Assembly: GCA_038230375.1 (NCBI GenBank)
Contig: JBBRNJ010000001.1
Span: 224,001 to 288,000 of the forward strand
Direction of reading: 5' to 3'
DNA from: Polyangiales bacterium
Lineage (GTDB): Bacteria > Myxococcota_A > Polyangia > Polyangiales > Polyangiaceae
DNA length: 64,000 bases
Shown: one piece after another, positions 45,101 through 55,574 of the stretch
Position numbering within the stretch: position 1 is the first letter of the stretch
How the letters are laid out: every line of letters begins with the position of its first letter
Translations under genes and position numbers: made by a program
The notes under the pieces: generated by a model
The model's input: only the letters and a program-made list of their open reading frames with translations
What the model was told of the DNA's origin: nothing
The model's database searches: none

Positions 45101-48100
45101 CTCGAGCGCCTCGGCGACCTGGCGCTCACGCGCAATACGCCCGAGCGAGGGCGCGCGCAGGCAATGGAGCACTGGAAGCAAGCAGCCGACACGGCCCTTG
45201 GCATGAGCCAGGACGCCCGCGCGAGGGAGCTGTTCGAGCGCGCGCAGAAGCTGGAGCCGAACGACCTCGAGATCGCTCGGGCGCTGGTCGCGATCCTGTC
45301 GCGCTACGAGGAATGGGCCGAGATCCTTCCCCTCTACGACGTGCTCCTTGCACACGCGCCGTCGCCGCGCGCGAAGGTCGACCTCCTGGTCACAGTGGTC
45401 GGCATCCGTGAAGAGCGCCTGTCCGATCCGGCCGGCGCGCTGGACTCCGCTGCCCTCGCGTTCTCGCTCGCGCCCACGGACCACAACGTCCTGCTCATGT
45501 TCGAGCGCGTGGCGGGCCAGGCCAGCGCGCTCGCGCGATTCGCAAAGGAGCTCGATCAAGCGCTCGATCACGGGCTGGACGCGCATACCGCTTCCGAGGT
45601 CCGCCTTGCGAAGGCGCGCGTGCTGGCCCGCGACCCTCAGTTCCGCGACGCCGTCATCGAGACCTACCGCCGCATCCTCGAGACCCCAGGCACCGACGAC
45701 TCGCGCGTCGAAGCGGCGGCCACGGCTCTCGAGGAGATGCTCGACACGCCCAAGGCGGGGCTCGAGAAATCCACGCGGCGCTGGCTGTCGGAGTGGAAGG
45801 TCGGGCGGGCAGCGGAAGACGCGAAGGCCGCAGCGCTCCTCACCTGGGGAGCGGTCGAAGAGACCGTCCTTGGCGACGCGCGGCGTGCACTCGACGTGTA
45901 CCGGCGGGCGCTCTCGCTCGATCCGCAGAACGTGGACGCCACGGCTGCGATCGCCCGATTGTCGATCGCCCAGGGTGACGTGGATGGCGCCGTGGTCGCG
46001 CTCGTCGCGCAGCGCGAGCTCCTGGAAGGCTCCGCAAAGAGCGGCGTCGAGCTGGAGCTCGCGACGATCCTCCTCGATCGTCAGGAGCGCGCGCAGGAGG
46101 CCATGGCGTACGTGGCGGACGTCGTGGAGCGCAGCCCTGGAGATACGCGGGCGCTGGGTCTCGCGGCGCGTCTGCTGGGTCATCGCGACACGCGCGCACG
46201 CGCGGTGGAGGTCCTCGAGCGCGCGCTGGATGGCGCCGAGGATCCGGAAGCGCGGGCGTCCATCCTGGAGAAGCTCGTCGGCAGCGAGGTCGTCGTCGCC
46301 GAGGACACGCGCTTCGAGTGGTACGAGCGCCTGATCTCGCTTCGCAAGGAGGGCGGGAAGAACGCGGATGCTTTCACCGCCGTGCTCGCCGCCGCGCGCG
46401 CCATGCCCACGCGCATGACCCTGTGGGATCAGGCCGAGGAGCTCGCCCGTCAGCTGGAGTCGCCCGATCCCGTCGCGGAGCTCTACGAGCACGCGCTCAG
46501 CGTGGTCGAGGATCGCGCGCAGGCGCTCGAGTTCGGCCAGCGCGCTGTCGCCTTCTACGAGGAGTGGTACGAGGCATCCGATCGCGTCGTCACGATCCTG
46601 AAGCGGGTCCTGGAGATCGACCCGTCCGACCTGTGGGCATTCGATCGTCTGAAGCTCGTGTTCGACGCCGGGGAGCGCTGGAACGATCTCTTCGAGCTCT
46701 ACGATCGCGCGATCGCCGCCGCCGCCGATGATGCAACGAAGGTGCAGCTGCTGGAGGACGTCGCGCAGATCGCGAAGGACTTCGCCAACAGCGCTGACCG
46801 CTCCATCAGCTACTTCGAGCAACTGTTGGCGCTGAAGCCCGGCAACGTTCGCCTCTCCGCTGCGCTCGAGCGCCTGTACGAGAAGAATTCGCGCCCGCGC
46901 GAGCTCATCGCGCTGCTGTCGGCACGCATCGCGGACCTGGAGCCGGTCGCTGCGCAGGAGGCACGCGCCAAGATCGCGAAGATCTGGCTCGACGATGTCG
47001 GTGATGCGACCAGCGCGCTCGGTGTCGTAGAGGACATCGTCCTTCGCTCGCAGGACGCGGAGAGCAAGGACGCCAAGGTCGATGTGATCGCGCTGCTCGA
47101 GCGGACGCTCGCGGTTGCGCCGATCCAGGCGGAGGCCGCGTCGGCGGATTCGCTGCAGCCAGCACGGACCGAATCGGCCCCCGGCCAGGCTCGAAGGGAG
47201 AGCTTGCCCCCGATGGTGAGCCCCAAGCGTCCGCTGGTCCGCCAGCGCGCCGCCGCCCTCCTCAAGGAGAAGTACGCCGTGCAAGGCCGCGAGGCCGACC
47301 TTGCGCGCATGCTCGAGGTCGAGCTCGAGGCGATCAAGTCGCCGAAGGAGCGCATCCGCCGCCATCTGCAGCTGGCAGAGGTGTACGAGGTGCTCGCCCA
47401 GGACGAGCGCGCGCTCGCACATCGCATCGACCTCGTGCTCCTGGATCCCGAGTCCGAGGAGTACCAGTCGAAGCTAGCGGCGCTGTCGCGATCGCTCGGC
47501 AAGCTGGAAGAGTACGCCGCCGTCCTCGTGAAGGCCGGCGAGGCCACGGACAGCGAAGAGCTTCGCGTGGACATGTTCATGCGCGCGGCCGCCGTCCTGG
47601 CGGAGCGCGTGGAGGATCGCGACCGCGCGATCGAGCTCATGTTCCGCGTGCTGGGTACGCCGCAGATCACCGAAGGCCGTCTCCTGGAGGCGTGCCGGTT
47701 CATCGAGCCGCTGCTCTTCGCAGCGGAGCGCAAGCACGAGCGACTCGAGGTGCTCGAGCGCCTCAGCGTGCTCGAGAGCGACTTCACCGTGAAGGCGAAG
47801 GTCCTGGGCGAGGCCGCGCGCCTGGCCACGGAGCTGGGCGACTTCGATCGCGGCATCTGGGCGTGGGAAGGCCGCCTGGAGATCGAGCAGAACGACGTCG
47901 AGGCTCTGTCCGGTCTGGTCGATCTCTTCGAGCGCACGACCAAATGGCGCGAGATGATCCTCGCCCGGAAGCGGCGCGCCGCGGCGGACGTGCCCGAGGC
48001 CGAGAAGCGTGCAGATCGCATGCGTGTGGCCATCGTCCTCTCCGAGGAGCTCGGTGAGCTCGCCGAGTCGATCGCTGCATGGCGCGACTTCGAGACGGAG

Positions 48101-51100
48101 TTCAGCGAGACGGACGAATCAACCGAGGCGCTGCGCCTGCTCTATCGACGTACGAGCCAGTGGCCGGAGCTCTGCACGCTGCTCTATCGCGCCAGTGGTC
48201 GTACGGAGGATCCGTTCCAGGCGTCGAGCCTGCTCCGCGAGCTCGGCGATCTTCGCCGCGAGCACCTGAACGACGCAGGGATGGCGATCCAGGCATACGA
48301 GAACGCACTGCGCGCCGACTCCGCGAACGAAGGCTCGCGCGCCGGTCTCATTGCGCTCATCGAGCAGGGCGAGCAGAAGAAGGACGCAGTGCGCGTGCTC
48401 CTCGCCAGCTACCGCGCCACGGAGGACCTCCTTGGCGTGCACTCGCTCACCGAGCCCCGCCTCTCCGTGTCCGTCAACAAGGAAGATCGCGTCGAGATCC
48501 TCCGCGAGGCGGCGCAGATCTCGGAGGCGCAGAAGGAAGACAAGCAAGCGGCCTTCGAGCTCCTCACGCGTGCATTCCGCGCCGACCCGGCGAACCGCCC
48601 GAGCGAGGACGACCTCTACCGGCTCTCGAAGGACCTCGCCAACGAGAGCGCCCTGGCGGCTCTGCTCTCCCAGGTGACGGGTGACTTCGACTCTGCAGGC
48701 GAGGCGCCCGCGTTCCTCTCGGGCGTCCGCTTCCGCATGGCGACGCTTCTGGAGAAGACGCTGGGCCAGGATCAGGCCGCGCTCGCCGCGTACGTGCGCG
48801 TGTGCGAAGGCGCCCCGGGCGATCTGGAGGCCGCCCGCGCGACCATCCGCGTCGCCGGCCGTGTGGGCGACTGGACCGCCGCTGCCCGTGCGCTGTCGGA
48901 GTATTCGCGTTCGTTCGGCGCGCTGGAGCAGAGCCTGGCCGGAACCTTCGAGGAAGCCGCCACGCTCGCACATGGCTGGGACGCCGCGACCCGCGCCCTC
49001 ACCGAGCACGTCGCACGCGAGAAGGAGACTCTGGGCAGCGCGATCCTGCGCGACATGGAAGCGAGCATCGCTGGATGGCACCGCGATCGTCGCGGGGATC
49101 CGGACGCAGCCGAGGCCGCCTACACGCGGGCGCTTGCGCACGACCCGCTCAACGCGGAGCTCCTTGCCGCGCTCGCGCAGCTTCAACGGCGCGCGAAGGG
49201 TCGCCCGCTCGTGGAGAGCCTTCTCCGCCTTTCGCAGGCCACGGGCGGCGATCTGGATCTCCTGGCCGAGGCCGCGGACATCGCGCTCCACAACGTGCTG
49301 GATCGCGCGCTCGCAAAGTCCATCTTCGACAAGCTGCTGAAGCTGGCCACGGAGCGCTGGCAGAAGGCCGGGCCGGAGAGCGTGAGCGCGGGAACCCCGG
49401 GCTCGCCGAGCACCTTCGTGGACCGTGCATGCAAGTCGCTCGTGGCCATCTACGACGACGAAGGCGACGTCGAGCGCGTCGCCACGCTCCTCATAGAGAC
49501 CGCCAAGCTCCCCTTCCCGCGCGAAGCCACGCGCGAGATGCGCATGCGCGCCGCAGAGATCTCCAGCACGCGCCTCCTCGATCCCGAGCGCGCGATCGCG
49601 ATCTACCTCGTCCTGTTCGACGAGGACCGCCGCGACGACGAGGTCATCAAGAAGCTCTCCGGGCTGTACGAGTCCACCGGTCGCAAGGACGAGCTCATTG
49701 GTCTGCGCCTGCAGCAGATCGCCGCGAGCGAGTCCGAGGACTCCAAGCTCTCGCTCCGCATCGACGTGAGCTCCATCCAGTACTCGCTGGGCAACGTGGC
49801 GGACGTCATCACTACGCTGCGCGAGAACCTGACTCAGTATCCGCGACACGAGCGCACCATCACGCGCCTGGCCGAGATCTACGATCGCGAGGCCCGCGAC
49901 GTGGAGCTGGAAGCCTTCTACGCAGAGCAGGCCGACGCCGCCGAGACCGCGGCCGACATCGACACCGCGACCAAATATTACCTGCAAGCTGCACGCGTTG
50001 CGGAGACCAAGCGCAAGGACCTCCGCGCTGCCACCGCGCACCTTCGTCGTGTGATCGGCATGGGCGCATCCCGCGAGGCGCTCGAGGCGCTCGCCCGTAT
50101 CGCGATGACCCTTGGCGCGCCCCTTGACGCCGCGGGCTACCTCGATCGCCTGCGCGAGCTCGCGCTCGAGGACGAGCGCCCCGACGTCACGCTCAAGCTC
50201 GCAGATGCGTTCCTCTCAGCGGGTGATGTTGAGAACGCGAAGGCCCGGCTCGAGGACGAGATCGGTCGCTCGCCCGCCGCAGACGCGGTTCGAACGCGGC
50301 TCGTGTCCATCTACAAGGCGCAAAAGGCGTGGAAGGGCCTGGCCGACCTGTTGATCGGCGGCGCCCAGCACGCCCACGACAAGACCACGAAGCTCTTGCG
50401 CCTGCGCGAAGCCGCCGAGCTGCTCGTCAGCAGGTGCAACGCGCCCGATGCGGCGATCCCGCTCCTGGAGAGCGCGCGCGATCTGGATCCCGATGACCGA
50501 ACCATCCAGCTCGCCCTGGCAGATGCGCTCGGCGCTGCGAAGCGCTTCGATGATGCGCGCACCCTCCTTCGCGGGATGATCGATGCCTTCTCGGGTCGCC
50601 GTCCCAAGGAGCGCGCTCCGGTCCACTACCACCTTGCGCGCCTGGATCTCGCGATCGGAGATCGCGCGCGCGCCCTCGTCGAGCTCGACGCTGCGACCAA
50701 GATCGATCCTGCAAACCCGGAGATCCTGCGTGCCCTTTCCGAGCTCGCGCGCGACGACGGACAGCTGGACCGCGCCGAGCGCTCCTACCGCGCACTGCTC
50801 ACCGTGCTGCGCCGCCAGGACGACACGAAGGAGGACCCGCCGATCGTCAAGACGGAGGTCCTGCTCGAGCTTGCGCAGATCGCGGAGCGACAGGGCGAGA
50901 CCGAACGCGCCAAGGAGATCACCGAGAGCGCCATGGAGATGGCCACGGAGAGCGAAAACGAGTCGAAGCGGCTCGAGGCCATGCTTCGTGCCCGCGGCGA
51001 CCATGTGCATTTCTCACGCGCAATGGAGCGTCGCCTCGCCAAGTCCAAGGAGGACAGCGCGTACGCGGAGAACCTGTCCGAGCTCGCGGACATCTACGAG

Positions 51101-54100
51101 ACCCACCTGGGCAAGCCCGACGACGCAACGGCCGCGCGGCTGCGCGCGGTGCGGATTGCGCCCTACGCCGGCAACATCCACGAGAAGACACGCGCAGCCA
51201 TGAAGGCGCGCGGCGCGCTCGGCGCGTACGTGGATCTCCTTTCCGACCTCGCCGGAGCCGCAGAGGACAACGGACAGGCGGAGCTCGCTGCGGGCCTGCT
51301 CGCGCGCAAGGCCGTGGTCCTGGACGAAGATCTCGACGAGCCGAAGCAGGCAGTGCGCATCTACGAAGCCGCGCTCATGCTGAAGAGCGACATGCCCGAG
51401 GTGCTCGCGGCGCTCGGGCACATCTTCGGTCGCATCGGTGACACGGAGGGTCAGGCACGCATCCTGTCCTCGTTCGTGGACTCCGAGCGCACACAGGGTC
51501 GCGTGCCCAGCGACGCGCTCTACCGCCTGGCGGCCCTGCGCCTGGCGAGTGAAGAGACCGTGACGGAGGGCGTCACTGCCCTCGAGCAAGCCTTCGCCGA
51601 TGCACCCGACGCGGACCGGGCCATCGGCATCCTGCGGATTGCGTCCGACAAGATGCCCGCGAACGAGAACATCGTCGACCTGTACGAGCGCATTGCCAAG
51701 CAGCGTGGAGACCGGCGCGGGCTCGTGGACGCCCTTGCGCGGCGGTGGGCGGCAGGCGACGGCGCGGTTGGCGCGCTACGCGAGGCGTACGACGTTGCCA
51801 CGGACCTCCTGGACACGGACCTCGCAGAGTCACTCTTGCGACGCTTCCTGGAGCGCGGCACGGAGGATCTGGTCGCGCGCGCGTGGGCGCTCACGAACCT
51901 CTCCATCATGCGAGAGCAGAGCAAGGACTACGCGGAGTCAGTGCTTCTGCGCCGCGAGGCTGCGGAGGTCTCCGACCCCGGCGAGGCGCGCGCGCTGCTC
52001 TTCGAGGTGACGGTGCTTGCGGAAGAGAAGCTCAAGGACATCCACCTGGCTGCCACGGTGCTCGAAGATCTGCACCAGCGCGACACGACCGACCGTGACG
52101 CGTGGGCGCCGCTACTCCTCATCTACCGCAAGCGCGGCGATCACGAGAAGCTCGCCAACCTGCTCGGTGAGGTCGTTGCGTTCGCGGAGGACACCACGGA
52201 GCGGACCAACATGCGCCTGGAGCGCGTGAAGATCGGCATGGACAAGCTGGGCCTCGCCGACCTTGCGCTGCCGCAGCTGCAAGAGATCCTGGACGAGGAC
52301 CCGGGCCACGCCGAGGCCGCGATGATGCTCGGCGGCCTGCTCGAGAAGGGCGGGCGCGACGCGGACCTGGTCACCCTCTACGAGAAGCAGCTCGACGCCG
52401 CGAAGGACAAGGAGAACGCGCCTGCCATCATCACCATCTCGCAGAAGCTCGGCGCCCTGCTGGAGAAGCGCGATCGGGACGCGGCGAAGAGCGTGTATTA
52501 TGCATGTCTCGACTGGGCCGCCGACAACATCGAAGTGGTGCGGGCGCTCGTGCGCATGCACACCGATGGGGGCGCGGCCGAGGTGCAAGAGCGCGCGGAC
52601 ATGACGGAGCGATTGCTCGGCCTGGCGACAGGCGACGAGGCCGAGGCCACCGCGCTGTCACTCACGGACCTGCGCACGCAGCTTGGCGATCCGGCGGCGG
52701 CGACCCGCGCACTCGAGACGGGCTTCACGAAGGCGGGCGCGAGCCCAGCTCTCTTCTCCCGACTGGAGGCGCTCTACAAGGAGAAGGGTGAGCCCGCGAA
52801 GCTGGCAGAGCTCTACCTCACCGACGCGTCCAAGAAAGAAGACGACCCCGTGTCGCGCGTGGAGCGTCTGCACCTGGCGGCTCGCCTCTACCTGGACCAG
52901 GTCGGCGACGCGGCGCGGGGCGCACAGATCCTGTCCGAGGCGCGCGTCATTGCCCCCACCGATCCCGCGCTGCTCGCAGAGCTTGTGACGGCGCTCACCG
53001 CCGCGGGCGATCTGGCTCGCGCCATCGCGGAGCTGGGCACGGCGATTGACGCATTGGCCGTGGGTGAGGAGCAGCGAACCGCGCTGGTCGCTCAGCGTGC
53101 GCTGCTACACCGCGACAAGGGTGACCTGGCAGCCGCCCTCATCGACTTTGACGAGGCAGCCGCGAACGGGACGCCCGATCGCAAGGAGGCACTCGTAGAC
53201 CACGTGAAGGCGATGAGTGCTGCCGCTGGGGCCGACAACTCTCCGGCCACGCGCGAGCTCCGGCTGCGGCTCGCCGCGCTGCTCCGTGAAGCGAACGACG
53301 TCGAGGGGGCGCGCGCTGCGCTGACCGAGCTGCTTCGTACGGACTCGCGCGACAAGGTCGTGCTCCGCGTCGCAGGCAGGCTCGAAGAGGAGATGTCGCA
53401 GTGGAACGCGGCCATCGCCGTCTACCGCCGCCTGGTGGGCTTCGAGGACCCCGAGTACATCGCGGACACTGCGAAGCGACTGCTCTTCTGCTGCGAGCAA
53501 GCAGGCCGCGTGGCCGACGCGCGCGGTGGCCTCGAGCGTGCGCGCATTGCAGTGCCCGACAACAAGGAGCTGCGTGCGGCGCTCGAGAAGGTCTACGAGG
53601 CGACAGGCGCCATCGCCGAGCTCGCGGGCCTTGCACTGGACGAGGCGCAGACCACCGGTGACGTGGGCGGAAAGTTCGCGCTTCTCGTGCGGGCGGGCTC
53701 GCTGTTCGTGCAGGATGCACAGACCACGGAGCGCGCCATCGCTCCGCTCGAAGAGGCGCGCTCACTGCGCCCAGGCGACCTCGACTGCGTGGCGATCCTG
53801 GCAGACGCGTACACGGCCACCGGCAAGCTGCCGGAGGCCATGGCGGTGCTCACCGCATGCGTGGCCACGTTCAAGGGTCGCCGCGCGCGTGAGCTCTCCG
53901 CCATTTACCATCGCATCGCGCGCGTGGCGGAGGCGCAAGGCGACCGCGACGCCGAGCTCGCGAACCTCACGCTCGCGCTCGACGTGGATGCACAGAACGG
54001 CGTGGCCGCATCCGAGCTCGCGTACATAGCCATGGAGCTATCGCAGTGGGAGCTGGCAACACGCGCGCTCCGCGCAGTCACCATGCTGAAGACACCCGCG

Positions 54101-54259
54101 CCGCTCTCGAAGGCGCTCGCATACCAGCACCTGGGCGAGATCGCGCGCCAGCAAGGCGACATCAAGAAGGCGCTCGTGCTCGTGAAGCGCGCCGTGGACG
54201 AGGACAACACGCTCGCCAGCGCCAAAGAGCTACTCGAAACCTGGAAGGCCGAGGTCTAG
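42125..54259 (+). CDS. Giant (~4040 aa) TPR-repeat protein, AgmK-like
   Basis: 12-kb open frame with dozens of A...Y..AL..DP....A..AL..LY....W..L repeats; start set at ATG42125. Confidence 0.85.
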   Translation: MQPPQNPKPRAGSPAALPTFDAPLQAEEDILEQLVTALSRGQLPEDTWGRLHEAARRDDRLSELAFAYESVSQGKRIKTLLPAALAEFYFRAAQFFGDVFGDDVGATAYLERAIVAAPNHQGAFDALDTLFTNADANKKLADLCASVAPHKPKSDQAVLWKRAAILYERAQMDDKAIEMYQALLRAEPSSATARDALEARYVHANRYRDVARLLETTLAADPDPDPEDALKVRGRLIDVYANQLQEPERTIGHVEAVLAADPTHEGALRMGERLLTVKALAARAAAALGGAVIAMGRAEDAIPYIEVELENIRGPKRKEPLKRLGFIKKDTLDDKPGAYESFEAVLGIDPSDDEVRQAFFDLAVELSKASDAARTLGRVLTMAKDAPARSKISAEMADLLRISGDAKRARATHAGVIALAGAAPEALLRSARALAELFEAEGDQRALAEMLEKVGGLSADPEERLRTNERLAELATGPLADTTKAIAAWRNLVDSTARPRALAALEPLYTQAENWAELAFVLGERSKDATDEDESRELAMRAADMFAQKTPEKERATGILLDLLGRLGPNREVNARLAPLLEAQKRWDDLAMILQAEARLGDDREGALSLARLGAVRATRLSDVPGSITAYREALDRDPSEKTSRAALERLLTSNDHKMDVADVLEPVYRADLLRGDTHATNGLLKILELRADSQAIVSDRLEALGEAVSIAEKVSPERALELAGRALLEAVASDEAVEQWLHRTVAVAERGVEPKRLAAVLSAAIGVKAIETPQELMVVTRAAEAHAAAGEVGPALTLYRKALAFAPQSADLVSRVDELLQEQGNPQERVTLYRHALEQGVEPARRKQLLVAIGTIERSELGNKPAAVQAFRAVLGQDPADRAAYKALTELYAELEQWETLCDLYEDHLEHADEDDGRITRADLALTSALHDQTDRAIMHAFALLKDPQLDDAGFGTVAKVADHLKDAELQRAVLERVVAVGSDPLDRIDALERLGDLALTRNTPERGRAQAMEHWKQAADTALGMSQDARARELFERAQKLEPNDLEIARALVAILSRYEEWAEILPLYDVLLAHAPSPRAKVDLLVTVVGIREERLSDPAGALDSAALAFSLAPTDHNVLLMFERVAGQASALARFAKELDQALDHGLDAHTASEVRLAKARVLARDPQFRDAVIETYRRILETPGTDDSRVEAAATALEEMLDTPKAGLEKSTRRWLSEWKVGRAAEDAKAAALLTWGAVEETVLGDARRALDVYRRALSLDPQNVDATAAIARLSIAQGDVDGAVVALVAQRELLEGSAKSGVELELATILLDRQERAQEAMAYVADVVERSPGDTRALGLAARLLGHRDTRARAVEVLERALDGAEDPEARASILEKLVGSEVVVAEDTRFEWYERLISLRKEGGKNADAFTAVLAAARAMPTRMTLWDQAEELARQLESPDPVAELYEHALSVVEDRAQALEFGQRAVAFYEEWYEASDRVVTILKRVLEIDPSDLWAFDRLKLVFDAGERWNDLFELYDRAIAAAADDATKVQLLEDVAQIAKDFANSADRSISYFEQLLALKPGNVRLSAALERLYEKNSRPRELIALLSARIADLEPVAAQEARAKIAKIWLDDVGDATSALGVVEDIVLRSQDAESKDAKVDVIALLERTLAVAPIQAEAASADSLQPARTESAPGQARRESLPPMVSPKRPLVRQRAAALLKEKYAVQGREADLARMLEVELEAIKSPKERIRRHLQLAEVYEVLAQDERALAHRIDLVLLDPESEEYQSKLAALSRSLGKLEEYAAVLVKAGEATDSEELRVDMFMRAAAVLAERVEDRDRAIELMFRVLGTPQITEGRLLEACRFIEPLLFAAERKHERLEVLERLSVLESDFTVKAKVLGEAARLATELGDFDRGIWAWEGRLEIEQNDVEALSGLVDLFERTTKWREMILARKRRAAADVPEAEKRADRMRVAIVLSEELGELAESIAAWRDFETEFSETDESTEALRLLYRRTSQWPELCTLLYRASGRTEDPFQASSLLRELGDLRREHLNDAGMAIQAYENALRADSANEGSRAGLIALIEQGEQKKDAVRVLLASYRATEDLLGVHSLTEPRLSVSVNKEDRVEILREAAQISEAQKEDKQAAFELLTRAFRADPANRPSEDDLYRLSKDLANESALAALLSQVTGDFDSAGEAPAFLSGVRFRMATLLEKTLGQDQAALAAYVRVCEGAPGDLEAARATIRVAGRVGDWTAAARALSEYSRSFGALEQSLAGTFEEAATLAHGWDAATRALTEHVAREKETLGSAILRDMEASIAGWHRDRRGDPDAAEAAYTRALAHDPLNAELLAALAQLQRRAKGRPLVESLLRLSQATGGDLDLLAEAADIALHNVLDRALAKSIFDKLLKLATERWQKAGPESVSAGTPGSPSTFVDRACKSLVAIYDDEGDVERVATLLIETAKLPFPREATREMRMRAAEISSTRLLDPERAIAIYLVLFDEDRRDDEVIKKLSGLYESTGRKDELIGLRLQQIAASESEDSKLSLRIDVSSIQYSLGNVADVITTLRENLTQYPRHERTITRLAEIYDREARDVELEAFYAEQADAAETAADIDTATKYYLQAARVAETKRKDLRAATAHLRRVIGMGASREALEALARIAMTLGAPLDAAGYLDRLRELALEDERPDVTLKLADAFLSAGDVENAKARLEDEIGRSPAADAVRTRLVSIYKAQKAWKGLADLLIGGAQHAHDKTTKLLRLREAAELLVSRCNAPDAAIPLLESARDLDPDDRTIQLALADALGAAKRFDDARTLLRGMIDAFSGRRPKERAPVHYHLARLDLAIGDRARALVELDAATKIDPANPEILRALSELARDDGQLDRAERSYRALLTVLRRQDDTKEDPPIVKTEVLLELAQIAERQGETERAKEITESAMEMATESENESKRLEAMLRARGDHVHFSRAMERRLAKSKEDSAYAENLSELADIYETHLGKPDDATAARLRAVRIAPYAGNIHEKTRAAMKARGALGAYVDLLSDLAGAAEDNGQAELAAGLLARKAVVLDEDLDEPKQAVRIYEAALMLKSDMPEVLAALGHIFGRIGDTEGQARILSSFVDSERTQGRVPSDALYRLAALRLASEETVTEGVTALEQAFADAPDADRAIGILRIASDKMPANENIVDLYERIAKQRGDRRGLVDALARRWAAGDGAVGALREAYDVATDLLDTDLAESLLRRFLERGTEDLVARAWALTNLSIMREQSKDYAESVLLRREAAEVSDPGEARALLFEVTVLAEEKLKDIHLAATVLEDLHQRDTTDRDAWAPLLLIYRKRGDHEKLANLLGEVVAFAEDTTERTNMRLERVKIGMDKLGLADLALPQLQEILDEDPGHAEAAMMLGGLLEKGGRDADLVTLYEKQLDAAKDKENAPAIITISQKLGALLEKRDRDAAKSVYYACLDWAADNIEVVRALVRMHTDGGAAEVQERADMTERLLGLATGDEAEATALSLTDLRTQLGDPAAATRALETGFTKAGASPALFSRLEALYKEKGEPAKLAELYLTDASKKEDDPVSRVERLHLAARLYLDQVGDAARGAQILSEARVIAPTDPALLAELVTALTAAGDLARAIAELGTAIDALAVGEEQRTALVAQRALLHRDKGDLAAALIDFDEAAANGTPDRKEALVDHVKAMSAAAGADNSPATRELRLRLAALLREANDVEGARAALTELLRTDSRDKVVLRVAGRLEEEMSQWNAAIAVYRRLVGFEDPEYIADTAKRLLFCCEQAGRVADARGGLERARIAVPDNKELRAALEKVYEATGAIAELAGLALDEAQTTGDVGGKFALLVRAGSLFVQDAQTTERAIAPLEEARSLRPGDLDCVAILADAYTATGKLPEAMAVLTACVATFKGRRARELSAIYHRIARVAEAQGDRDAELANLTLALDVDAQNGVAASELAYIAMELSQWELATRALRAVTMLKTPAPLSKALAYQHLGEIARQQGDIKKALVLVKRAVDEDNTLASAKELLETWKAEV

Positions 54260-54275
54260 GTCCGCTCCAGGTCCG

Positions 54276-55574
54276 CTAGGGCCTGTAGGTCAGGCCGGCG
54301 TAGCCGTAAACGCCTTCGTCCAGGGGTTGTCCTTGGAGGTAGCCCGCGCTCTTGTAGGCGAGCTTGCCCATTGCGCCGAAGCCGGCGCCAATGCTCACCG
54401 CGCCCGTGACGCCGCCGCTTGCGCCGAACACCTGCGGTCGCACGTAGGCGTTCCGTACGTCGAGGAGCGTCTCGGGCTGGCTCCAGAGATCCAGCTCCGC
54501 GCCAAGGCGCACGCGGCGTGAGACCGCCACATCCGTGAGGTGAACGCCGCCGCCCGTGTACGACGCGAGGCCACTGGAGCCGACGCGGCCGTAGACGTCC
54601 AGGAGCGCGCCACCCCTGGCCATGAAGACGTCGATGTAGTGCTCTGCGCCGAACGGGCTCAGGTTGAAGCGCGGCGCGGCGTAGACCGTCGCGCCGAGGA
54701 TGTGCGGAAGAGGCGCCTGGACGTAGCGATCGCCCAGCACCACGCGGCGTACGGTCGCATAGGCAGCGAGCCCCAGCGTTGGGTCCATGAAGTTCCAGAT
54801 ATATGCAGTCTGCAACCTTTTTGCGATCGCGGTGCGTTCCTCCGGCCGGAATCGATTGAAGCGGTCCGCGAGCAGCGTCACGTAGCTGGAGACGTCGTTG
54901 CCTCCGTCGAAGCCGGTCTTCGACAGGACACGGGGGTCGTAGACCGAGGAGGAGTAGACGAGCTTGCCGAAGTACGCGAGCAGGTCCGCGTGATGCACCA
55001 CCCCGTCGTGCTTCACCATGTCCGCCTGGACCAGGTGCGCGGTGCGCAGGTTCGCCTCGATGCCCGCGAGCGACGTCGCAAGATCACGATCCTGCTGCGG
55101 TGGATGCGTCGCCTGGAACTGCGTGAACGCAGAGTGGTCCGCATGGTCGTCCGGCGAGAAGATCGCGCGATAGGGCTGGGGCAGTGAGAACTGATAGATG
55201 GGCTCTAGCCCCAGCTCTCGCCCGCGCGCGCCGTGACCAAAGACCTCATGCAGCGTGCCGACCTCCGCTTCCACCAGCGGCGCCGCGATGAACACCTCTT
55301 CTGCCAGGCGTCCCAGCAAGTTGAGCGCGAAGGTGGTGTGCGGGCGTCCGCGAACCTTGGCGCTGGGCAGGGCGAGCTCGTACTGGAACGCGAACAGGCT
55401 CAGCCTACGGAGCGTGATGATGCCCACGTCCATCGAGAGCTTCGGATCCGCCGCGACCACGAGCTCCGTAGGGAGCGACAGCTCGGAGGCTTCTCCCGCA
55501 CGCGCAACGCCTGACGCGGTGCAGAGCGCGGACACGCCCATGCTGACGATCGCGGCGCGCAGCCACCTAGTCAC
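54276..55574 (-). CDS. Hypothetical exported/outer-membrane protein with HExxGH motif
   Basis: Signal ..GVARA, LHEVFGHGAR, amphipathic beta C-terminus GYAGLTYRP; start inferred. Confidence 0.6.
   Translation of the reverse strand: MTRWLRAAIVSMGVSALCTASGVARAGEASELSLPTELVVAADPKLSMDVGIITLRRLSLFAFQYELALPSAKVRGRPHTTFALNLLGRLAEEVFIAAPLVEAEVGTLHEVFGHGARGRELGLEPIYQFSLPQPYRAIFSPDDHADHSAFTQFQATHPPQQDRDLATSLAGIEANLRTAHLVQADMVKHDGVVHHADLLAYFGKLVYSSSVYDPRVLSKTGFDGGNDVSSYVTLLADRFNRFRPEERTAIAKRLQTAYIWNFMDPTLGLAAYATVRRVVLGDRYVQAPLPHILGATVYAAPRFNLSPFGAEHYIDVFMARGGALLDVYGRVGSSGLASYTGGGVHLTDVAVSRRVRLGAELDLWSQPETLLDVRNAYVRPQVFGASGGVTGAVSIGAGFGAMGKLAYKSAGYLQGQPLDEGVYGYAGLTYRP

Noticed and set aside
42161..47422. 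1753-aa antisense ORF and other long shadow ORFs (e.g. 59920-62847, 10897-13197)
   Set aside because: They mirror well-supported genes on the opposite strand, which is expected from stop-codon scarcity in high-GC coding DNA
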